From Flectonema sp. DT1601 (Eukaryota), in assembly GCA_964019425.1 (NCBI GenBank), contig OZ025786.1, forward strand, positions 310,001 through 374,000: 64,000 bases of DNA. The letters run 5' to 3'. The notes beneath the pieces are model-generated. The model saw nothing but the letters and a program-made list of their open reading frames with translations, did no database searches and had not been told where the DNA came from. This document shows positions 1 to 11,648 of this stretch, piece after piece. Position 1 is the first letter of the stretch. Each line of letters opens with the position of its first letter. Position numbers and translations under genes: made by a program.

Positions 1-217
1 CCGTCGTTCATGCTTCAAGCAGGACACCCTTATTAAGAAGGATGCTAACTTACCTCCTCCAGAGCAGTGCAGCGACAAGATGTACGATATTCTTATTAAG
101 ATTCTTGTTACTGGTTTCGTTCCAAGAAAAAGCAGAACAATTGTTCGTCAGGCTCTCTTTGGTTTATTCTTATGTCTTGGATTTTATGTTATTAAGAACG
201 TTGTTCTTCGCGTATGA
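1..217 (+). CDS. 3' end of an upstream gene; C-terminal hydrophobic segment suggests a tail-anchored protein
   Basis: Frame starting at base 2 is open from the window edge to TGA 215-217: RRSCFKQDTLIKKDANLPPPEQCSDKMYDILIKILVTGFVPRKSRTIVRQALFGLFLCLGFYVIKNVVLRV*. Not in the ORF track because the start lies outside the window. Confidence 0.6.
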   Translation, partial: RRSCFKQDTLIKKDANLPPPEQCSDKMYDILIKILVTGFVPRKSRTIVRQALFGLFLCLGFYVIKNVVLRV

Positions 218-1160
218 TGTTCATATTGATTTTTACGGATTGTCTGCGGCTAGGTTTTAGCTGTGATTTACTTATAAAACAAAGGAAGTATACAAAAGCA
301 ATAACCCGCAATGACAAAAGATCAAGTCACCTTTAAGTTTCAAAAATAAGAGTGCTATATTTCGTGTTTGTCTGCGACTGTGTGACTGTTTTTTTTTTCT
401 TCCCCCATTCTCCTCTCTGCCATGGTTTCTGACAGCTACATCGTTCCCGTGTAGACTGCACTGGTGGGTTCATGCTTTGTTGTGGTTGTTATTGCCCACT
501 CTTTTTATTTTCCTTCCCTCCCTTTTCTCCCGATTTTATTCTTTCATCTTGCCACAGTTATTGGATCGTATTCCCACTACTGAGCCCCAGCAATTTGTCC
601 GCCAATTGGCAAAAACAGAAAAAAATGACTTGCTTTTATTGTTTGTTTCCCACTAAAGGTAGGCAAACAATAGGAATTGGTATCCTTCGTGAAGTCGTAT
701 GCAAGGTGTGTTTGAATTACACACACTACGGTCGTATTTTCCCCCCCCTTTTTTTTTTAAAACCTCACACGGAGGCAAAGGTATCACAGCAAAATGAGAA
801 CATAAAAAAACAAAAAAGAAAAAAAAAAACTCTTGGGTCTTGTCCCTTGGGGTCTCGTCTTTGTATTGTTTGAGATTAGTGCCTTTTCCCGTTTCCCCTC
901 TCTCTTCACATTTAAGGAAGAAAACCACTTCTAACACCTACACCAGGGTGTAGATCTGCAATGTCATTGTATGCATGAACAAGTGGATCAAAAAACCAAA
1001 CATACAATTTAAAAAAAAAAAAAAAAAAAGAAGAAGGGAAGAAAAAAAATTATAAATAAAAAAGGATAGTAAAAGCGCAATAATCAAACGATTGCATTGA
1101 ATTCATTTTATTTATTTTATTTTATTTTATTTTAAATCTTTTCCTCCCTACCTGACAGAG

Positions 1161-2369
1161 ATGTTGGAATTACAACTTAATAAGACAGGGAAGTATGAGA
1201 GCAAAGATAAGAACGGAGTCTGGTGGGTGGTAACCCTTACGAAAAACTTAGGTAGTGGAACATATCAGGCGAAAGTTCATGATGGAGTTGGAAGGATATG
1301 GCCTAAGGTTTACGAAAGCAATATAAGAGAAGCGCGGTCGCGAACACCTCCAATTATGCCAGACGTTGTGTGGGATTGTGATAAACCAGAAATTATTATT
1401 AATAAATCGTTGAAAAATCCGGTGAGGATATCTCAACCTGATAACGGCAGTGTAGGAGTCTTGGTAACAACAACTTCTCTTCCGGAACCTCAGACGTTCT
1501 CAAATGTTTTTAAAATTACTCCAACTAAGTCAAGAGCGTATCTAATATTCCAAGACGAGGAGATGCCTGAAGACGTCGAAGATGATGACTTCGTCCCATC
1601 TGAACTTCATTTTAAATTAGCAATGCCTGTCCCACAACATAGTATTTATCCAATCCTACGTCAGATGGCAGATGTTTGCGAAGCAGGACACAATTTCGGT
1701 GATGAACTACCGGACGTCTTAGAAGTATGGGAAAAACAAAAGTCTAAACAAGGACTATACTACTGGCATAACACTGAAACTAAAATGAACGCTTGGAAAG
1801 AGCCTTCTGAAGAGTTTAAAGAAGCTGTTTTTGAACGACAACTCCAACGAGCCATGGATGCCTCAGTAGCAAATGGATTACCTCGTGACGCTTCGGAAAC
1901 AGCTGCTGAACGTAATCGGCTTTTAGAAAAATTAAAGCAAACGGGATACAAAGAGGTTGAAGTAGGTGGTGATGGGAACTGTCAGTTTCGTTCTCTTGCG
2001 TATTTTCTAAAAGGAGATGAGGATAATTACGAAGTAGTTCGCAAAGAAGTTGTTGAGTACTTAAAAGATCATCAGGACACTTATTGTAATTTCGTAGATG
2101 AGGACTTCGACGTCTACTGCGACGACATGTCATCAACAAACAGATGGGGGGATCACGTCACCCTTGACGCAGCAGCAAATTTATACGATCACTCCTGTCA
2201 CTTGGTATCGTCTAGCAGTGAGCCGACTAAAACAATTAAGCCAAGAGATTCAAAGAGTGACACAGTCACTTCTCTTTACTTTTCGTACTTAAAAGAACCA
2301 AATGCCGAACACTACAATCCAGCTATTCCGATTACATCACCAGAGAATGGTATCTCTGACAAGTCATAA
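1161..2369 (+). CDS. OTU-family deubiquitinase with a WW domain
   Basis: 402 aa ORF. WW motif WEKQKSKQGLYYWHNTETKMNAWKEP; OTU catalytic motifs VGGDGNCQFRSLA, WGDHVTLDAAA and EHYN; pyrimidine tract plus AG just upstream of the ATG. Confidence 0.92.
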   Translation: MLELQLNKTGKYESKDKNGVWWVVTLTKNLGSGTYQAKVHDGVGRIWPKVYESNIREARSRTPPIMPDVVWDCDKPEIIINKSLKNPVRISQPDNGSVGVLVTTTSLPEPQTFSNVFKITPTKSRAYLIFQDEEMPEDVEDDDFVPSELHFKLAMPVPQHSIYPILRQMADVCEAGHNFGDELPDVLEVWEKQKSKQGLYYWHNTETKMNAWKEPSEEFKEAVFERQLQRAMDASVANGLPRDASETAAERNRLLEKLKQTGYKEVEVGGDGNCQFRSLAYFLKGDEDNYEVVRKEVVEYLKDHQDTYCNFVDEDFDVYCDDMSSTNRWGDHVTLDAAANLYDHSCHLVSSSSEPTKTIKPRDSKSDTVTSLYFSYLKEPNAEHYNPAIPITSPENGISDKS

Positions 2370-2685
2370 TGTTAGCGATAAACTGGATTAGATGCTGAAT
2401 TTCTTGTAGATTGAAGAAAATTAATGAATTTTTTGTTTTTTTGTTTTTGTTGTTTCATCATTGTTGTGCCATCTAGAATTCATTGGCACACTATGTATGT
2501 GTATGTGTATGTGTGTGAGATTTGTACCTTAGTTGAGATTTGATTTTTTTTGTTTAATTTTTATTTTATTTTGTTTTTTTAATAATGTAAGTTAATACTT
2601 GGGTGATTCCAGTGAGATTTTCCTTTTTTTTTTTTTTCCTATTTTTCCATTTACAGATAGAAAAATAGAACGAAAAAAAAAAAAA

Positions 2686-2805
2686 CCATTCAGATAAGCC
2701 TTTTTTTTCGTTGAAAGCAGACAGAACTGTCGCACGGGGAAATATGTCATGACCGTAAGAAATAACGGCTTTCAATCTGAATAGTTTCTCCGACTACGTC
2801 GGTAC
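2686..2805 (+). mobile_element. Dispersed ~120-140 bp element, family A, copy 1 (asymmetric inverted repeats plus terminal hairpin)
   Basis: ccattcagataagcc ... ggctttcaatctgaatag, then hairpin ccgac-tac-gtcgg (2790-2802), embedded in poly(A). Its reverse complement aligns with the copies at 17152, 19400 and 23661. Confidence 0.7.
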
Positions 2806-3322
2806 AAAAAAAAAAAAAAAAAAAACCGATGCGACTTTTTTAAAGTATTTATTGTTTGGAGTAATAAACTTCGACTATGAGCATACAATTGCTCTGTAAC
2901 TCTCTCTTTTTTTTTTGAAATCTTAACATTGGGATGTTACAAATGCTTTTATGGGTCTTAACTGTTAAACTTGTGTTGGATTTATTTTTTCTTTCTTCTT
3001 ACTCTTAACAATGTTACAGTTGGAAATTGTGCTGCTGACTCTTTTCTCTAAATGAAAAGTTTGAGGAGGTAACCAACTTCTTATTGAGCCCTATTATCGA
3101 AACCATTTCTTGATTCTTTCCAGTACCCTCATATCAATTGAATCCAAGTTTCCTTTTTTTTTATTAGAGAACGACTCTATTTGATTTCCCTAAAACTACT
3201 ACGTTGTAGCAATTGCGTACAATCATATCATCTAAATGGGAGTTGTAGTTGGCTTTTAAAAGTACTATTAAAAAAAAAAAAAAAAAAGTTGTTGTGTTGT
3301 ATAAGTAGTTGGGAAAATCCAT

Positions 3323-3353
<31 letters not shown>

Positions 3354-3913
3354 GTTTGTCAGATACATTTATAGTTTTTTTCATCATGCATTTGCTTCGT
3401 TTAAAATTTTTTTTTCATGAATTTTGCGTGAAGTAGTATGAGGAAAAAAAAAAAAAAAAAAAAAAGTTGCCAAAGAAAAAAAATCTTTTTGTATGGCAAC
3501 GGGCGATACAAGTCACGAACAAAAAAACTTTTTTTTTGTTTCTTTTTTTTTCTAAAAAACAGGCTTTGTAATTTCCCTAAATCCCACAATCTCTGATACC
3601 CAGTTGGAACGAAAGGAGATAAAATTGTAATTATTCTTAACTTGAGACAATGGGCTGTAACTACTAATTCATATATTTTTTTTCCCCTTTTTTCTTTGGT
3701 TTCTGAGAAAGAAGTTGAACGGAAACACACCAAAAAAAAAAAAAAGAAACTAAAAAAAAAGAAAAGAAAGTGTCTTTGTTTGCCTCCTACGCTAGCGGAT
3801 GGCATTCGTGTTTTGTGAAAACTAATTTAGTTTTTTTTTTAGATACCGTTTTTGAGTGTAATTTATCTATCATCACACAGGCGTGGGGGTGGTTGACAAG
3901 GTAGGGGCAACAG

Positions 3914-6433
3914 ATGGACCCTACTACTGTTACACTAATAGAGAACCTGCGCAAAGGATTCGAAGAACGTCTTCTCAACCTCAGCAGAGAGCTTCAAAAC
4001 CAGATAGAAAAGCTTCAATCTGATCCGATCCTACTACAGCTTGCCAGAGACTGTGATTCAGCTATTCATATAAGTGCTCATATTGAGGATGTTGTCAGGA
4101 CTTGTCTCAGGCGTGAGCAAGAGCAAAGTGCTCAAAAAGCAATTCAAGGAGAAGCATCTGCAAGAGCTAAGTATGCAATGGCTGATATGACGATCTCTAA
4201 ATTAAAAGAAGAAAACTTGAGAATAAATCAAAGAAGTGAAGACCTCGAACATCAACTTCAACAACAACATCATAGACTAACTCAGATAGCCGTTTCTCCA
4301 CCAAAACTATCGTCTGAAACGGAACAGCAAGTTAGAGAGTTAGAAATGTTAAGACAGCAAAATCAAAATCTCATTTCTAAGGCAATGCAACAGTCTAAAC
4401 TTCAAGAAGAAAGTTTGATCAAAGTGAGTGAAACACACAACAGAGATCAGACTGATCTTTCAATCTTGAGATCTGAAAGACAACAACTAACTACGAAATA
4501 CAAGCAACTCGCAGTTAAACTTCAAAATGTTATAATTCAGAAAAATTCTGCTGATGAAGAAATGAAACAAACGATTGATAGTCTTTCAGTAAACAATCAG
4601 AAGCTACATAATGTAAACGATGAACTAACCAGAGGTGTTGGTAGCAAGCTTCAGATAATATCGGAATTGGAAGCAGAACTAACGCTTCAAAAACAAGTCA
4701 TAGCCCAACTACAGTCTCAACATAAACATGAATTATCAACCAGGGATAGTAATGATGCGAATGTACTTCAGACTTTCAGAACACAAATTAATCAAATAAA
4801 ATCATCTTTGGAGGAGAAGGATCGAAAGATTCAAGATTATCACCTAAAAGAGACGATGGAAATAAAAATGAAGGAACTCTTGCATGCGGCAGAACTGCAA
4901 AAGCAACAACACCAACAGCAACAACAACAACAACAACAGCAACAGCAACAACAGGTACCTTACCATGACTATGCTCGCATAGAGCATTTGCAAGAGCAGC
5001 TAAGCACATCGAAAAGTCATTGTGAGTCACTGGAGAAGAGAATCACAAATCTGACTAGTCAGTTGGATGTTGTTTCCGAACAATCAAAGTCAGACATTGT
5101 TCAAATATCAGAACATATGCGAAATACGTCTGAGAAATTACATGAATCGGAATGTTTGCGTCAAGATTTGACTGTTAGAAACACTGAATTAAAGAAAACA
5201 GTTGAAAATATTGAAGCAAATCTCCGACAGTCAGAAGAAACATCAAAACTGAGAGAAGAAACTATTTCATTGAGACTCCAACTGCAATCACAACAGTCAG
5301 ATCCAGACAAGGAAGTTATCGATTCACTCAGACACCAAATTACTGCACAGCAACAACAGATTAGTGATATGAATATGGAAAAGGATGGTCTTATTCAGGT
5401 GAAGAATGCTGCTGAACAACACTTAGAACAATTGCAGAGTAGATGTAAACAGAGTGAAGAGGATTTAGCTATCAGAACGCATGAGGTGAATAGACTTCAG
5501 GCGATGATAAAGGTTTTGGAATCCGCTTTAACAGAAGAGAAAGAGAATAGAATCGAATTAGAAAAACAACTTCAAATAATAACATCCGATAAGGAATCAT
5601 CCGACAGCGTCATCTTAGCTGAGCAACGTATTTGGCAAGCAGAACATGACGAGCTTATTGAACTTCGTGCGATGAGAACTGTTCATTTAAATAACGAACG
5701 TCGTCTCAAAGATGCTGATGTTCATTTGCTTGAAACTCAAAGAGAGTTGCAGTCAACCAGAACTGATCTCGCAAAATTTTTAAAACGTTCTAAGCTGACT
5801 GACTCCTCTGAAGAAGAAGTGACAGCACTGAAGCTTCGACTGGATGAACAAAACTCTCTAATTAACAACATGAATGAAGAAGTTACTTCACTTCGAAAAC
5901 AACGTTCCGCAGCAGAACAAAACCTAACGGCTCTTCAAAGAGACGTCGATGACGACAGTTCTCAGAGAGATGAAGAGCAGCGGGCTCTTCAAAAGTTGAA
6001 TGAAGCACACCAAAGAGACACTGACCGCTTGAAAGGAAGACTTGCAGAAGAGAAGATAAAAACTAGCGAACTGGAACATGAAATATCAGAACTAACATCC
6101 CAACTGGTGGATTATAAAAAGATAACTCCAGCGAATCTCTCACAACTATCAAGAGACGCGTTAATAACAGACATTAGAGATAGAGTCTTACATGATATTC
6201 ATTCTGATATTGCATCTGATACGACTATTTCAGAACCTGATCTCGGTCTTCGACGTGATTTAGATAATCTCCGTCGTCGGTTCAGCAGCAGTCAGCAATC
6301 TCTTCAAACGACATCTCAGACTGATTTTACTAATATTTCACCACCTGGAACTACGTCTTCGGTTGCCTCCTCCAGCAGAAGGGTTTCAAGGAACCCATCG
6401 ACGTCATCACTTAAAGGAGCTTTTATTCGATGA
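3914..6433 (+). CDS. Long coiled-coil protein with poly-Gln tract, function unknown
   Basis: 839 aa ORF with E/Q/L/K-rich heptad pattern, (CAA/CAG)n poly-Q near 4903-4953 and a Ser-rich tail. Confidence 0.88.
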   Translation: MDPTTVTLIENLRKGFEERLLNLSRELQNQIEKLQSDPILLQLARDCDSAIHISAHIEDVVRTCLRREQEQSAQKAIQGEASARAKYAMADMTISKLKEENLRINQRSEDLEHQLQQQHHRLTQIAVSPPKLSSETEQQVRELEMLRQQNQNLISKAMQQSKLQEESLIKVSETHNRDQTDLSILRSERQQLTTKYKQLAVKLQNVIIQKNSADEEMKQTIDSLSVNNQKLHNVNDELTRGVGSKLQIISELEAELTLQKQVIAQLQSQHKHELSTRDSNDANVLQTFRTQINQIKSSLEEKDRKIQDYHLKETMEIKMKELLHAAELQKQQHQQQQQQQQQQQQQQVPYHDYARIEHLQEQLSTSKSHCESLEKRITNLTSQLDVVSEQSKSDIVQISEHMRNTSEKLHESECLRQDLTVRNTELKKTVENIEANLRQSEETSKLREETISLRLQLQSQQSDPDKEVIDSLRHQITAQQQQISDMNMEKDGLIQVKNAAEQHLEQLQSRCKQSEEDLAIRTHEVNRLQAMIKVLESALTEEKENRIELEKQLQIITSDKESSDSVILAEQRIWQAEHDELIELRAMRTVHLNNERRLKDADVHLLETQRELQSTRTDLAKFLKRSKLTDSSEEEVTALKLRLDEQNSLINNMNEEVTSLRKQRSAAEQNLTALQRDVDDDSSQRDEEQRALQKLNEAHQRDTDRLKGRLAEEKIKTSELEHEISELTSQLVDYKKITPANLSQLSRDALITDIRDRVLHDIHSDIASDTTISEPDLGLRRDLDNLRRRFSSSQQSLQTTSQTDFTNISPPGTTSSVASSSRRVSRNPSTSSLKGAFIR

Positions 6434-6614
6434 AACCAAATAGTGTTGTTTTACTGTATTTCCACTGTGGTGATAGAATTTGTTGTACCTTTGCTTTTAT
6501 AGATACAAAAAAAAAATTAGAAAATATATACTTCAATAAAAAGCTGATGCATGTAGATTTTTAGATTACTTTTTCCTTATTTATGTCTTTTCTTTCTTAA
6601 AAGGTAGTTAACAA

Positions 6615-7119
6615 ATGGAAAATGAATTGCAGTTGGAAGCATCAGCAGTCGTACCTCCACTGGAATCCATCGCATTAGAATCTACGAGTGATCTGCAAGA
6701 CGGCGCTACTCCTGTTGAAATAGAAATAAACGAAGCATCGACGAGATCTTTTGGAACGCTGTTAGAAAAAAATGATTTCTGTAGCAGATTGACAATCAGT
6801 TCAAAACAATACAAAAAATCATTTATTTTAGCCGTGCTGTTGTTTTTTACTGGTACCATATTATTAGGTATCGGTATCCATTGCCTCCTTGCATGCACTC
6901 CGGAACGACACGGAATAATATTTCTGGTCTCAGGATGTATGTTTTTTTTTTTTTAATATTTTTTATTTTTTTTTAAAATCCTGCCATCAATAAATAAACA
7001 ACAAAACAGCGTTAGCATTTATGCCTGGATTCTATGGTACGTTAGTTTTTATTCAACATGCTCGTAGAGTTAGGGGATACGATCCTCAAGACTTAGAAAG
7101 AAAATGGCAAGGGATTTAA
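6615..7119 (+). CDS. TMEM230: TMEM230/TMEM134-family two-TM membrane protein; exons 6615-6936 and 7010-7119
   Basis: Removing the GTATGT...AAACAG intron 6937-7009 gives ...IFLVSGSLAFMPGFYGTLVFIQHARRVRGYDPQDLERKWQGI*. The FxPGFY...RGY signature follows two TM helices. Confidence 0.8.
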
Positions 7120-8263
7120 TAGAGTAATCTAAACCCGTGTTCGATTGTGGAGTTATCTTCTTTAGTACTCGCGCATTGAAGCGTCCGTACTTTGATAATA
7201 AATAAATTACCAGACTGACAGTCTGTGGCTCTGATTCATCCACGCGACTCTTAGAAAAAAAATTGGTCAGGTCATCTAACATTCAATTTAGTTATGTTTG
7301 TTGTGTACTTTAGTGGAATGGTTTTGTTGGAAATAATAGGATTCGGTAGAAAGGTAAGGAGTATTGTTTTTTTTTTTTTTTTTTTTCTGTCACCCCCCCC
7401 CCCGTTCTTTCCTTTTTCCGTTACCGTTTTTCAGACTGCACAGAGAGTTGAGGAAAATTCCCTTCCGTGACACAAAATGCTCAAAAATACAATTTTTTTT
7501 TTTTTTTTTTTTTTTTCCCCCTTCGAGACAATGTGTACCCCTGTACCAAAAGTTACAGGTACAAACCACTGAAGTATATCCCTATCCCAGTTGTGAGAAC
7601 TCTACAGTTCCAGGAATAGAAGGTCACGAATGACAATGTTGTTTCGATAAGCCTCTCCCCATTCTGGACTTTAACAATAAGCAATCCTACTTCGGACTCG
7701 TACGATGCCCCAACTCTATCCGATGAACTATGCAGCCCCCCTCACGTTTTTTTTTAATCAAGTAATTAAATAGATGAAAAATTACACTCTGCCGTATTGG
7801 TTTTGGTTTCTCAGGGCTCACGAGTATTTAAGTAATTTGAATAACTCGATTCCGACGTGTCGGAGATAAGTTACAAATATATATTATCGTGTGGAGTCTT
7901 TTACGACATTTGCGGAGTATTGACCTATAATGGCATTGCTTTTAGTTGTTAACTCCTGTTCGAGCTCAACTTCGTTCTCTTTTGAGAATTTAATAAAAAG
8001 TTTTTGCATGTTTTTTTTTTTTCCATTTCCACCCTCTCCCGTTTTTTTTTTATTTTTTATTTATTTTGAAAAATTACGTTTATCTGTCTCTTATTTAAAA
8101 AAACAAACAAAAAAAAAAAAAAAAATAACTCTGGCATCTTATTTACTGATTTTATAGCAATTATTTAGCGTTAATTAACTAAAGTGAAGTGTTGTTCGTT
8201 TCTAGGAAATATCTTACCATCTATTTTTTTTTAAAAAAAAGTGAAGCCCCTATCAAATAGACA

Positions 8264-9127
8264 ATGTCACGCAGAGTATATGTCGGAGGAATACCAAATG
8301 AAATGACTTTAGAAGATGTAAAGCAGGAAATTATGATGCAGACGAGAGGTGTTCAAGATGTTGTGGTTATGATGGGAGAACAAGCAAAGAACAAAGGAAT
8401 TGGTTTTATAACTTACTCAAGTGTAGAGATGGCAGAGGTAGCGACAAGAACAAATGTAATACTGGGAAATAAAAAGATTACAATGTCAGTGACTGACAAT
8501 GATGCTGGAAAGGAAAAACGACCTTCGGAATCAGCCAACACCAACACAAAGAGATCGAAAAACGAAGAATCACCTGCGAATACTTCGAAAGTTCTTCTTG
8601 TGTCCGGATATCCAACTGATGTGACGGAAGAGGAATTGAAGACGCAGTTTGAAATTCATGGCGAGGTAGAAACAGTTGAACTTCACCACGAACCAAACAA
8701 ACCTCCATTTAGTCTTATTCACATGGCTCATCAGTATTGTGCTTCTCGTGCTAAGAGAGAGTTAGCTGACAATCTTTGGAAGGGGAATTCACTCAGAGTA
8801 GAATACACATATGAAGACCTTCCTGATAATCCAGTAACCACAAATACTGTTACTGTTTCTTTAGACCCAAAGTCTGCTGGAAATGAAGAAATCTCAATTG
8901 GTCAACTTCTCCTTGTCATTGCCAAGAGTATTGTAGACAAACCAGAGAAGGAAGCTGGTATCTTTGTTGATCCAAATGGTATGTAAATTATTATAATGTT
9001 ATCCAAAACAATCCTTACACAAATACCAATAGGACATGTCGTAATTCCAGTTTCTGCTTTTGACGGTGACGAAGATGGAGCAGAAGAGGAAGTTGAAGAG
9101 AATGAAGAAGACGAGGAAGATGAATAG
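8264..9127 (+). CDS. RNA-binding protein with two RRM domains and an acidic tail; exons 8264-8978 and 9033-9127
   Basis: RNP2 VYVGGI and RNP1 KGIGFITY; second RRM LLVSGYP...LRVEY. The GTATGT...CAATAG intron 8979-9032 joins in frame to GHVVIPVSAFDGDEDGAEEEVEENEEDEEDE*. Confidence 0.88.
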
Positions 9128-9437
9128 ACAAGATTACTATATTGGTCAGGTCCAATCGTTCTTTAAGGATTCGACGTGTAAGTTCCTCGAATTCATAATA
9201 ATCTTTCGTTGTGTAGAGTTAGTCCCCTTTCGTTGCGGTCAGTATCAAGCACAGTACCCATCGTTATTTGCGATGTCAAGAAACTCGCAGTGTCAGTAAT
9301 ATCCGTTCAGCGCAATCTAGTGGGCGCGAACAACATATTCTAAAAACGCAGCTTTTTTTAAATTTTTTTATTTTTATTTTTTTTTTTAAATTTAATTTCT
9401 TTTTGTTTTAGGTTTTTCATTGTTTCAAAAAATCATG

Positions 9438-9513
9438 AAAGCAGCCTGTCGCACAAGGGGAGAAGGTTAAAAAGTCTGCTTTTTCAAATCTGAATAGTTC
9501 CTTCACCGACCAC
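9438..9513 (+). repeat. Degenerate partial copy of element family A
   Basis: gaaagcag-cctgtcgcac-aagggga...aatctgaatagtt...ccgac resembles 2713-2794. Confidence 0.45.
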
Positions 9514-9567
9514 ATGGATAAAAAAACAACCTTTATTATTATTTTTCATAACAGACCCTGCAATGTA

Positions 9568-11523
9568 ATGCGTCGGGTTAAAGAATCCCCAGCAAGGGGA
9601 TCGTTGATTAAAAAAATAAATGAAATTAGAAATTCTTACGAGCATCCGTTTGGAAAGCGGAAGAAACTACTAGCATTCACTGAAGAAACCATCAGAAGAA
9701 GTGAAGCTGGAAGTCTAACAAATAATGAGAGATGTGACATACTAATGACGTTTTCTGAGGTACGTGTGAGCAAAGAATCGAACATATTTCGATATATAGC
9801 AGACGACTTGATTACCTCTGCGAAGAACATTTCAAAACAACAATACATTAATAGTTCATGGTCGTTGGTTAGGTCTCAACATTCTGATCACCAACTCTGT
9901 TTGAAGACATTATCAGTTTTATCATCCGATTTGAGTGGCATTACTCCAATTGATTTGAGAAAGTTGGTATTTATTAACAAATCAGTCGATCAATTTCACT
10001 CTGAGTCACTATCAGCAAAACTATCTTCTGAACTACCAAATATATTCCAAGACACAACATCTCAGAGACTGTCACTTCCTGAAGTAGAAGAGCTTTTAGT
10101 ATGCATGTCAGCAGTTTCGACAACATCAGTAAAGCAGTATGAAATAATCTCACCAATGGTGTCTCAGCTACTAACTAAAAATCAATTTCGAGATCCGGTG
10201 AACGTGTCGTCTTTTATAAAAATTTATACTTTAGTTAAAAACAGAATTCCAAAATTAGCAACCAACTTGTTATCTTCAGCGATGAACAATCTCCCTGAAG
10301 GTGTTAGTGGGATACGTGTCGGACTATTATTTGCTCCACTATGTGAAGACACTCAAAGAGAATTATTAGTACAATATTTAACAACGTGTTCTAACGTCGG
10401 GTTGACTGATGACGTGCTTGCTGCTGCTGTTTTGAAGGAAGTCATAAAATCGGATAAAACTATCACGTTACCATCAGTACAAGAATTTATAACAGCTTCC
10501 ATAAGTAAGTGTATTGAGAATTCAAAAACATCTGTATCATCTTTTGCTGTTACTGTTTTGTGGTGTTCGATCATAACACAAAGACATGATGTGATAAAAC
10601 AACTGTTAACTAGTATTGATGTAAGACAGTGCACGCCAACTGAAATATCAAGTGTCTTAACAACTGCATCGATCGTTGGAATTCCTGACCCGGATTCTCA
10701 ACTACTATTAGAAAGATTATCCGCGCAGTTCATCGCACGTGCTCAGCTATTACCTTATCCTTTAGGAACTTTCGCTGTTCGTTCCGGAATGGATCCGGAA
10801 AAGCAATCATTTTCTCTCTTTTTAAATTGTTTGCTGTTATCTACTACAATAGAAAATCCGAGTACCCTCCTAGATAGTCACTTTGTGGTTGAGATATTAA
10901 GGAGATTTGATTCTTTTGTTGAATGTCACGTTGGAAATGATATGAACAAGTGTATTCTATTACTGTCGGTAATCCTATCAAGGTCTGATGTTGAACCGTT
11001 TGAAAAATCTATTTGCGTTTTGATTGACAGGATTCGTGATATGGAAAATTATAACATCGACGTCAAAGTTAGTATTCTGTGGTGTTGTTCAAGGATTTTG
11101 TTGGATTTTTGCGAAAGTAATAGCCTTCGTCGAACCAAAGTATTAGTAATAATGAGCAACCTAATCAGTAATATGTCGTCAGGCAACATTAATAACATAA
11201 CACCTATTGGAGCCTGTATAGCTGCATGGTCTGTATTGATGGTCTCGGATGAAGTTGGGTTTCCTGCTTTGTTAGTTAACAATCTGGTAAAGGAAGTGGT
11301 ATCAAATGTTGAATTATTACCTGTTGAACCACTTATTCACTTGACTTGGAGACTTAAAGAATCAGGTGTGGTGACGCCTAATGTATTTCAAACAAGGATA
11401 CGGTCTGCAATTTATGAGAGTTCAGCAACTGAAATCGATTGGATGTTTCTAATTATGAGTGGAAAACAATGGCCTGTTCCACCAGTGATAACGCATTGGA
11501 CTGGAGGCATGGGAGAAACATAA
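9568..11523 (+). CDS. Hypothetical, probably alpha-helical-repeat protein (start uncertain: ATG 9514 or 9568)
   Basis: 669 aa ORF, Leu/Ser/Ile-rich. An AG acceptor-like site (cataacag, ending 9554) lies between the two ATGs and favours 9568 or an upstream exon. Confidence 0.8.
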   Translation: MRRVKESPARGSLIKKINEIRNSYEHPFGKRKKLLAFTEETIRRSEAGSLTNNERCDILMTFSEVRVSKESNIFRYIADDLITSAKNISKQQYINSSWSLVRSQHSDHQLCLKTLSVLSSDLSGITPIDLRKLVFINKSVDQFHSESLSAKLSSELPNIFQDTTSQRLSLPEVEELLVCMSAVSTTSVKQYEIISPMVSQLLTKNQFRDPVNVSSFIKIYTLVKNRIPKLATNLLSSAMNNLPEGVSGIRVGLLFAPLCEDTQRELLVQYLTTCSNVGLTDDVLAAAVLKEVIKSDKTITLPSVQEFITASISKCIENSKTSVSSFAVTVLWCSIITQRHDVIKQLLTSIDVRQCTPTEISSVLTTASIVGIPDPDSQLLLERLSAQFIARAQLLPYPLGTFAVRSGMDPEKQSFSLFLNCLLLSTTIENPSTLLDSHFVVEILRRFDSFVECHVGNDMNKCILLLSVILSRSDVEPFEKSICVLIDRIRDMENYNIDVKVSILWCCSRILLDFCESNSLRRTKVLVIMSNLISNMSSGNINNITPIGACIAAWSVLMVSDEVGFPALLVNNLVKEVVSNVELLPVEPLIHLTWRLKESGVVTPNVFQTRIRSAIYESSATEIDWMFLIMSGKQWPVPPVITHWTGGMGET

Positions 11524-11648
11524 TTTTTTTTTTTTTTTAAAACATCGCGTCGCTTTGATACAACCCGAGTCATTATAGTGATTACTTTATTGTGATATTC
11601 TTGTTTTCTCCTCCTTCAGCTGTTTAATAACCCTTTAACTTAATTAAT

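Noticed and set aside
42..260. 72-aa ORF from the track
   Set aside because: It overlaps a more protein-like frame that is open from the window edge to 217.
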